The notes beneath the pieces were generated by a model that worked only from the letters and a program-made list of their open reading frames with translations, had not been told where the DNA came from and ran no database searches. Positions 55,391 through 64,000 of a stretch of DNA of 64,000 bases are shown here, one piece after another. Made by a program: the position numbers and the translations under genes. The first letter of the stretch is position 1. Each line of letters starts with the position of its first letter. Source of the DNA: Tubulanus polymorphus (lineage: Eukaryota; Animalia; Nemertea); assembly GCF_964204645.1 (NCBI RefSeq), contig NC_134028.1:2294001-2358000 (forward strand), in the 5' to 3' direction.

Positions 55391-57077
55391 AGAGATTTTC
55401 AGACTGTTCCGAGTTTTTTTTTCGGGCACCAACTGTGAATGAGGTAATGCAATATTTTCTGCCGGACTAATCGTTGATCAATCATTTGCTGCTGCGACGG
55501 CCGATGACGACGACCACGGCAAACGGACTTCAAATAAATATTGATGGTTCGAGAGCAAGTTGTCAATACACTTATTCAATATGAAATCGATCCAATTAGA
55601 CGCTGGTCGGGTTCTCTTTACATCGTGTATCCGAGCAGAAATCTTTTTTTCCCTCTCTGCGGGGACGTGCGTCTGCAAATTAGGAGATTGTTTAGGGATC
55701 CGACGAGAGACTCGTGACCGCTGGCGTCTCCTGTGTCGCACGCACGCAAAAAATAACTGTTTGAATTATTCATCAAATTGACACCGGATATTCGGCTCAC
55801 GAGTAGGTTAGGTTACATTGATTTGATCCCTATGTTTCCGATGGTTAGATGAAAACGCCCTATCACGGACAGCCTGTTGATTAATTGGATTTTTTTAAAC
55901 GTCTAGAAAATGGAAATAGGTTTTGTAGATAGATGTTTGTTATTTTGGATTTTTTTTTGAAGCGTTTGATGCAGAGCCATTCAGTAGGCAAGTGGCCGGA
56001 AATTCTTCCCAATTTCTAAACCACTTATTCCCGACTTTTGATAAGATGCAACTCGTTGCAGAGATCCACGAAGCTGCTACAATTGAATTTTTTAAAATCA
56101 ATTCTTTTCGATGGCATTTCCTACATTTCAAATTATTAGTTTTTTTTACAAAAAGTGAATTCTGGTATCGCTCCATACATTTTTGAAGGTTTTTTTTTTC
56201 TTGGTCTAAATCTATCTATCAGCTGCATACTCTAAAATACTCTATTAAGCACCCGTTCCCGAAACAGACCTTTTTTGTTCTGCGTGTCTCAATGTTACAC
56301 CTGTTAGCCCGAAGTTCTGTTTCATGATTTAATATTCAATGTAGCAACAGAAAACTGAAATGACGGCTTACTACTCGAATCATTGATATTCTCGAGCGCT
56401 TCATAACTAGCTGTCATTGGTCACGAAAAGCAGCCGTTTCCTAAACTCATGCATTGAGAAAAATGTGTTCCGTTATTCATGAGCAGCAATTGTGCTCGAA
56501 TCCGTGTCCTTTAAAATGATGACTGATGGATAAGAATTTCAATGCAGTCGTATTGAATGTTTCTCCGAGAGCTGATTCAATCATCATCGAGATTTTTTTA
56601 TGTCACCATCGTCCGGGGGACTGGCGTGCGCGCGGAGGCATGAGTCAGGTGCACATCGGTCAAGGTCACGCGAATCGATGTAGCGCTTTTGAAAAAGTGC
56701 CTCACCTGGAATATCCGAAGCATATGGTACTTAATTGAGTTCACGGTGAAACTGTTGAGTACAAACCTGCGCTTCACGATCAACATATTGAATGCTGCTC
56801 GTTTGATTACAAAAAACTAGGAATTCTGATCATATTACTCCAGTTCTCATCATCGATCAACGTTGGGTTCTGTTCCGATCTGAGTTCAAACTTCTTTTGA
56901 TTTAACTGTATGTATGTACCAACTAGACTTAACTACCTAACTAGCCAAGTCACATTAATTCTAATCCTAACAGTCGAAACTTTTAAATGAAATCTATAAA
57001 TAAATTTTGTCTTAATGTTTTTAACTAATTGGCAATCATTTTACTGATAATTGTTTTTCTAATCTATTTTCTCATCT

Positions 57078-57160
57078 TATGTAAAGCCCAGAGATAGCTG
57101 CGTAGATATTGCGCTATACCAAAAAATGAATTATTATTATAACTATTATTATTATTATCA
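57078..57160 (+). mobile_element. L2/CR1-clade LINE or SINE 3' tail
   Basis: TGTAAAGCCCAGAG...GCGCTATACCAAAA followed by (ATT)n. Confidence 0.5.
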
Positions 57161-57227
57161 GTATCATTATAGTAAGATTAATACACACTTTATACGAAGA
57201 TTAGAAACCAAATTTCTGATTTCTCTA

Positions 57228-57365
57228 CAGACCTGAAAATGGTCTTGAAGAGAGAGTCCCAAATGTTGTTTTTTATTTTAATTTTTGGTAATAAATATCC
57301 TCTTACAAATTTGTATATAGTGAGTTTTAACCTATCTATTCTCCCCGTCTGAGTGACGCTATTCA
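57228..57365 (+). mobile_element. Decayed relative of the hammerhead-bearing insert at 5176-5344
   Basis: CCTGAAAATGGTCT...CAAATGTTG (mutated CTGANGA/GAAAC), then AATAAAT, TGTATATAGTGAGTTTT and CCCCGTCTGAGTG, collinear with 5248-5335. Confidence 0.45.
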
Positions 57366-58033
57366 ATAAGTGTATTTTTCGCGAAAACCATCATCTCCAT
57401 AAAGTGTGTGTATTTCAAAAGGATTTCGCAGTCCGTAAGTTACTCAGTTATGTCGCTGTTTATGTTTGAACACGTTTTTGCCCGGAGCGAGACGTTGCGC
57501 ACGAGACATATCGATTATGAGTACGAGCTGGTCTCGTCTTGTTGGTTTCCTGATTTTTGTGGCAAACCTTGTTATTAGCTTTGTTAGATAGTGCTAAGAG
57601 TGAATTATGTAAATGCTCGTCGATGACGCTGTATTCAATTTCAGTTGTCAGTTTGAGAATTTGGACGTGACGAAAATCGAGATGTACGAATCAGTAGCTG
57701 TTTTTCAGTGTGTTTGCGACGATGTAGCGGAATCAATTTCTGATGTTCTGTAAACCGGTGAATTATACGGCGCTTGGATTCGATATCTTATCTTGTCTAT
57801 ACCCTCTGGGCTCGGAGACAATCTGAAATCAAAACTGATCCTTAATACGAGAAATGCGAAATGATAGAAAAAGTTTCGGTTCGTAAAGTCTTGAAACTAA
57901 AAAGACTCATCCGAGTTAAGCGATGGTTTGATCGGTCAAAACTGTTGATTCTATCCAAACTGTTACTAATTTTTATATCTTCGTTATTAAGTATATTTAG
58001 ATAACGTGGGAATTAACGTAATACAACCTTTAA

Positions 58034-58314
58034 CCCTTTCAGTGCATCTACACCGCAGTGCGGTGTATAAATCGGTGATGGATTTTGCTAGTACACCGCA
58101 CTGCGGTGTATTGATGTAATTAGTAATTATCTCTCTTTAAAAATGGCTGAGCCTGTCAAACATAGTGAACTATTAGTAACTAACGATACACCGCACCACG
58201 GTGTAGACGTACTATAGTGGTATTCCCATTGTTCAACACACTAGGGTGGAATTTTTTAGAATTTTCAAATTATCTCCAGCACTATAGGGGATTGATTAGT
58301 CAGCACTGAAAGGG
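58034..58314. mobile_element. piggyBac-type MITE, TTAA TSD, copy 2
   Basis: Same TIRs and collinear internal sequence as 42802-43087. Confidence 0.92.
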
Positions 58315-61300
58315 TTAAAGGTTGTTGATTAATGAAGTTTTCGGATAAGTTAGTTAATTGTTTATGACCTGTGACCCTGATTGAAAGTTGATACGTCGTT
58401 AATGGGTAATGCCCGCAGTAACTGATATCAGTAAGTCCGTGACAAACGTTAATTGCTCGTATAAAACGCATTCGTAGTCAGCGGATAGAGACAAGTTCTC
58501 GCTGGTATCAGCAGCAGTGGTCGCGTGGCCATGACCTAACTGCGTCATGACGATTCTTTCTACATTAACACAGCTAAATACAAGTGAATGATTGTCATTC
58601 CGGGGGCCATAAAAATCCACTTTGGGGGTGAAAAATAGCTGTGACCTTACACTGAATGATTAATGTTAGGGACGACGGTGTGCTGCGTGGTCATTAATAC
58701 TAAGCTTATTTCCCTTCAATAACGAGACATTCTCCGGCGTTTTGACCGAGGCTAATAGACTTATTTATTTAAGTCGGACAGGCAGAAGATTTGGTTAAAA
58801 TTACGAATGATTAGGCTACTGTAAGATAGACACCCGATGGTTCTCGGTAATGATGCAGATTTATCGATTTTGCCAAAAAATGCGGGGAAAAAATCGAACC
58901 GTTCTATCGCGAGATGAAACACTTGAAACTGTCGGCGTAATCTTCAATCTATAGATGAATATTGAATATTTCAGATGAGGTTTGAACAGATTCTGCGCAT
59001 AATGGATCAGCATTAGACTAAAACATTGAACAGCTGTTTATTTCAGCTTTGGTAGAGGGGCCTATAAAGTCACTCCGGGAGACTATCGAGGTGAAGCTGT
59101 GGATTTGTTGGACCACCTGATCTGATCTCATTACATACGTTGTTTTCCGCCATTCACACGCGTTGACAAGAAAAATATTGATGAGCTTCCCCCATCGTCA
59201 CCTGTATTTGTGTCGGGAAAAAGCAATTTATATCAATCTGCGAGCAATCCTGAACGCAAAGGTCACATTGTCGGGAGGTCGTAAGGCAGTCAAGGTTTGC
59301 CTGCGTCGCAACACGCAAGCCGAATTCTGAATGGGGAGAAGTCATTGGTTGCGGAGTCTAATGTAATCGGGCTTGAAATTGTTCGCTAACCTGCGGCTTA
59401 ATCGTTAGGAAAAACAATTTGACGGTTGGTTGCCGATGTCGGTTATTGCGCGTTCCCGTGGGCTTATTGTTTTTGCGACTCTTTGACACTTCATTACGAA
59501 TACCATTATGATCAATAAGCCGGTGTATGATTCCTCCAGGGGGCCTGTTGCCAGTCGTCGCCTTCAACATATATGTTAAGTGGCAGAGTGTTGCTGAACA
59601 TTGACGTTTTTTAATCATCTATAACGCAGTCTTCTCGACATGGAGTATTATGTTGTTTACCATTACATTTTTATCAAGTATTTATGGAAGTTTGAAAATC
59701 TGCATCCGTGAGATATTTGTACGAGTACAAAAATCCATGATTGGACAGATCGTCTTCAAAATTGGTCCTTGAGCTTTCGGTTACGAAGATAGAACTTCTT
59801 CTAATTATATTTGTCCCCAGGTTTGACAAGGTCTACAGTGTTATCCTAATAGACATTGAAAACCAGTTGTAAATAGCTCGTTGCTGTATTTATTCAATTT
59901 ATCGGGTTAATTATTAATTTTTTAGTAGTTTCTCCAGTGTTGCCTCGAAGGGCCTGAATTTCCTGGAACTCTTGTTATCAGCAATTGATAATTTATTTGA
60001 AACTGATTTAAATTTTTTTCATGATTAGTTCGAAGGGTGTTGAGCGTTATCAAGGCAATGATTAATTTTCTAGATGCGCAATATCAATTTTGATATTGTT
60101 TTTATTAATGCGTTTTATCGCAAATTTTATCAACTTTGATCTTTCGCTTCCACGTGGCAAATGAATAGAGGAAATTGGTACTGGCAAAATATAGCATTGT
60201 ATAATGAGATCTGAAAGTATTTTTTTGACGTTGTGAAAAACATTACAGTAATATTTATACACATTGAAAGCTAGTATGCGTTATAAAGGGATTCAGTGTG
60301 AGTTGTTGTGCATCAATATTGGCGTTTCAAAATAACAATTACTATTGAGAATTTTGGCATTTACTTTGTAATTAGATATATTTCGTATCAAAATATTATT
60401 TCATTTTTGATAAATTTTGATAATTATTTTCGTCATCGGTATATCAACGCTAGACTGGTTGCTGGTCAATTCAATTCAATTATTTAATTCCAAAATAACT
60501 TAAATAATCCTTGATATTAATTTGATTTATAGAGGACAATATTAGGCAATGTGTGTGTTATTTTTCAAGGTGTCAATAAGTAAGGATTCTTGTCTAAATT
60601 GTCAAGTCGATTCGAGTTTACGAATAACACAATGGCTGTGCTGGATTTCTATTCAAAATTTTCGAATTGCAAATAAGGGATTTTAATACGCTTACACTAT
60701 GGGTTAACATCAACTTTTTGCACTTTCCATGACAGAAATTGATTCATTCTTTCTCGGAAATATGTGAATTTGAGTAGAGCACTGCGACATATATTCGCTG
60801 ACCTATTTGTTCTCTATCGCCGGCGTGTTGTCGATTGAATAAGGTTGATTGATGACACATTACGGGGCGCGACTGGAAGCAAAACCCAAGCTGTTCATGT
60901 GTTTTCTGCGCGGTGTTCGTTATTGGAAATCGCATAAAAATGATGACAGTAGAAATTAATTTGTGGTACTGGTGACTGCATCGGTTGTTTTCTGATCAAT
61001 AGCTCGCAGCAGTGCTTGCTGCGCATTCCACTGAATTAATTGTCGTCCTCGTTAAAGAAGTTGAAGTTAAAACACGGCTGTAGTTTTCGCCTTATTATCG
61101 AATCGTCGTGCTCCGGTTTTCAAGCAGAAAACAACAATCTTCAATCTTCTTCTCTGCGCTTTTCGTATTGTTTTTTGCTGTTTTATAATCTCGTAATCTC
61201 TCGTCTAGACGAATTCACGTTTTAATAATCTCATGCCGACAGCTCTTGCGAATTCCTTGAACTCGAAAACGAAATCTAACGCATCGATTATGTATTCAAT

Positions 61301-61413
61301 AGACAGCCCTTGATATTCGCATTATCTGAGAAATTGTTAACGCTCAAAACAGCGCAGCAGCTATCCGACCATGATCTCTTACAGGATGGCTTATACATCT
61401 TATATTAAGTATT

Positions 61414-61522
61414 TTAGGGTGAAACAATCGATAATGCCTTGTTTCTCATTTCTGCTGAGTTAAAAAGTTGACCCGGCCACCTATCTACCCTGGACATTAC
61501 TTTTTGATAAAATCACAATAGC
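61414..61522 (-). mobile_element. Partial copy of the Harbinger MITE at 37997-38216
   Basis: CCTTGTTTCTC...TCTGCTGAG...GTTGACC...CCTATCTACCCT...ACATTACTTTTT is the reverse complement of its right half. Confidence 0.7.
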
Positions 61523-61619
61523 CTAGATTAGGAAATATCTATGAATGTCCTGCCCTTTAGCAGTAAACGGTATCCTCTTTTACACATGGATGCTGAGATA
61601 TTGATGTAAGATAAAAGAA

Positions 61620-62157
61620 ATGGCTGTAGTGGGCAGTTTATACCAGAATGGCTGTAGTGGGCAGTTTATACCAGTATGGCTGTAGTGGGCAGTTTATACA
61701 AGAATGGCTGTAGTGGGCAGTTTATACCAGTATGGCTGTAGTGGGCAGTTTATACCAGTATGGCTGTAGTGGGCAGTTTATACCAGTATGGCTGTAGTGG
61801 GCAGTTTATACCAGTATGGCTGTAGTGGGCAGTTTATACCAGTATGGCTGTAGTGGGCAGTTTATACCAGAATGGCTGTAGTGGGCAGTTTATACCAGTA
61901 TGGCTGTAGTGGGCAGTTTATACCAGAATGGCTGTGGGGGGCAGTTTATACCAGTATGGCTGTAGTGGGCAGTTTATACCAGTATGGCTGTAGTGGGCAG
62001 TTTATACCAGTATGGCTGTAGTGGCGATTTATACCAGAATGGCTGTAGTGGGCAGTTTATACCAGTATGGCTGTAGTGGCAATTTATACCAGAATGGCTG
62101 TAGTGGGCAGTTTATACCAGTATGGCTGTAGTGGGCAGTTTATACCAGAATGGCTGT
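61620..62157. repeat. 28-bp minisatellite (ATGGCTGTAGTGGGCAGTTTATACCAG[A/T]) ~19 copies
   Basis: Head-to-tail units without spacers. Confidence 0.97.
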
Positions 62158-62695
62158 TGACGTCTTGGGGCTAATTCTACAATTACCATTTATCTTGGAG
62201 GTTCTTGCGCACGTGGCGGTGACTTAATGGCCAACTATATCATCATTGTCGGAAGTATTATTGCGTCCCTGAGGTGTTATAAAGAGCTGAAGCAGCAATT
62301 ATTTGTGAGAAATTTACTTTGTGGCCGCGTCCGAGGTCAGCGAAACTTGCTCGGGTTAGCATGAATCTGTGTTCTGGTTTTTGCGCATGTATCAAATATC
62401 CCTTTCTCAGTGACGGATCTAGGGTCTGATTCAGGGACGGGTGCAAACCCAAAATAGGGCATATCATATAATTAAAAGGGCAAGGGAAACATTAACTCTT
62501 TCTTTGAGATAGGGAAAAAAGCTTATGAACTGTTTAAGATATCAGTGTAAAAATTTCAGGGCAAATTGATATATTTGCGGGTGCAACTTCCCTTTGGATC
62601 GGCTTCAGCTTCCTCTATAGTGGGTGACTCTGGATGGAGTTGAATTTTGATGCCATAAGAACTGTTAAAACAATGTGATTGTATGTTGATTGGCC

Positions 62696-62785
62696 GGAGG
62701 GGGGGGGATAGTATATGGTTAGAGGGGGGTTAGTGTATGAGTAGAGGGGGTTAGTGTATGAGTAGAGGGGGGATAGTGTATGAGT
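62696..62785 (+). repeat. G-rich ~22-bp minisatellite (4 copies)
   Basis: AGAGGGGG(G)(T/A)TAGTGTATGAGT units. Confidence 0.8.
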
Positions 62786-62918
62786 CAATGTGCACTAGGT
62801 CATCATGGCTAGACTGGTTTTTGGTCATTCTATTCAACTGTCCACAAACTCAAATTCAAAATAACTTTATTGATCCTTGATGTATCACATTATGTTGTTG
62901 ATTGTCAACATTATTAAG

Positions 62919-62920
<2 letters not shown>

Positions 62921-62973
<53 letters not shown>
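62921..62973. repeat. (AT)n microsatellite
   Basis: Perfect dinucleotide run; shorter runs at ~23870-23890 and ~24052-24074. Confidence 0.95.
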
Positions 62974-62976
<3 letters not shown>

Positions 62977-64000
62977 ATAAACTGTAGAAATCAGCCACAA
63001 GGGAGTTTCTATTTGCAATTGCACCCATTTCACCGCGCGACAAGTACTTTCACATCTAAAAAACTCCAGGCATTGTGCAATTCTATCTTCATCAGAGAGA
63101 GAGAGCATGAATAATGAATGTTGTGATTCAATATAGAATTAAAAATTGCAGATTCAGTTACGAAGCTGTCAACAAGAAACAAAAAACCTATCATGAAAGT
63201 TTATTGACACCTGGAAAAAATATCACACACATGTATATTGTGTGATATTGTCGACAATGATATATAGATGATGTTAAATAAGAAATATGTTTATTACAAA
63301 TACCAAAATTCACAAATGTAATTGTTATTTTGAAACACCGATATTGATGACGTTTTACATACACATCGACTCAAACAGAACCCATTACATAACGCTATGT
63401 ATCAATGTATATAAACATTATTGTAACGGTTGGCATCAAAAATCAGCAGTTTTCACATTTGGTAGATAGGCCCTGAGAAGAATCAGCGATATTTTGTCGA
63501 TCCGATCTCCATCGGTCAGCACGTTTATTACTATGCGGTTCACGCGGAAAAAACACATTGTTTACGGATCGATTTGAGTTGCGTTTCCTGTCTGCGCGTC
63601 GTTCTGTCGTCATCATCGCGGTCCCTCGATAAAACACCTTTCATCCATCAATATTAGCGAGAGACACGACAGAGATTAAGGTCAACTCTCGGCCACGATA
63701 CCGTCAGTTGATAAATCGTGTTGTTTTTCTTCCCCAAGCGCCCGAACCAGAGATGATCTCGCTGAACCACTGCGAAACACAGGTGATAATTATGAAACTC
63801 AGTATCGGCACCAAACAGTAATCAGCTTAATCTTAATGAAAACTCTTTATCTTTGTTCGGTAAACGAGTCTTATATTACAAATGAAGAAATCATTCCCCT
63901 GGTCTGAAAAAATACCATTTCAGAGGCTTAACTAGGTGCTTTGATGAACATTTACTGATAGTACGCTGAACAGTAAACATGTCTCGATGTTACTGATTTT

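Noticed and set aside
61620-62157. CRISPR-like 28-bp repeats
   Set aside because: Units are contiguous with no unique spacers, no cas genes, and the context is eukaryotic.
62724-62756. Interstitial telomeric repeat (GGGGTTAG)
   Set aside because: Only isolated matches inside a 22-bp minisatellite, no (TTAGGG)n run.

Overview
AT-rich, intron-containing DNA from an invertebrate animal; the species cannot be determined from the sequence. The left half is a compact cluster of three spliced genes, rebuilt exon by exon with GT-AG junctions and consistent phases. They are coilin (+, 5442-8144, ~632 aa), a NAK-family AAK1/BMP2K-like kinase (-, 28428-10782, ~1371 aa, apparently with alternative C-termini) and a JHAMT-like SAM methyltransferase ending in KDEL (-, 31823-30010, ~285 aa). 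The right half (~33.4-64 kb) is gene-poor, with one intronless orphan ORF (45182-44367) and possible non-coding exons of a long + strand gene. MITEs, minisatellites and SINE/LINE remnants are scattered throughout. The most notable unexplained signal is a set of minimal type-I hammerhead ribozyme motifs of the Penelope/retrozyme kind. One is intact, sits in a ~170-bp insert with a 13-bp flanking duplication and lies ~220 bp upstream of the coilin ATG. Two other loci carry inverted hammerhead pairs, and a fourth copy is decayed. No CRISPR array or prokaryotic system is present, and nothing here can be shown to be a truly new system without experiments.
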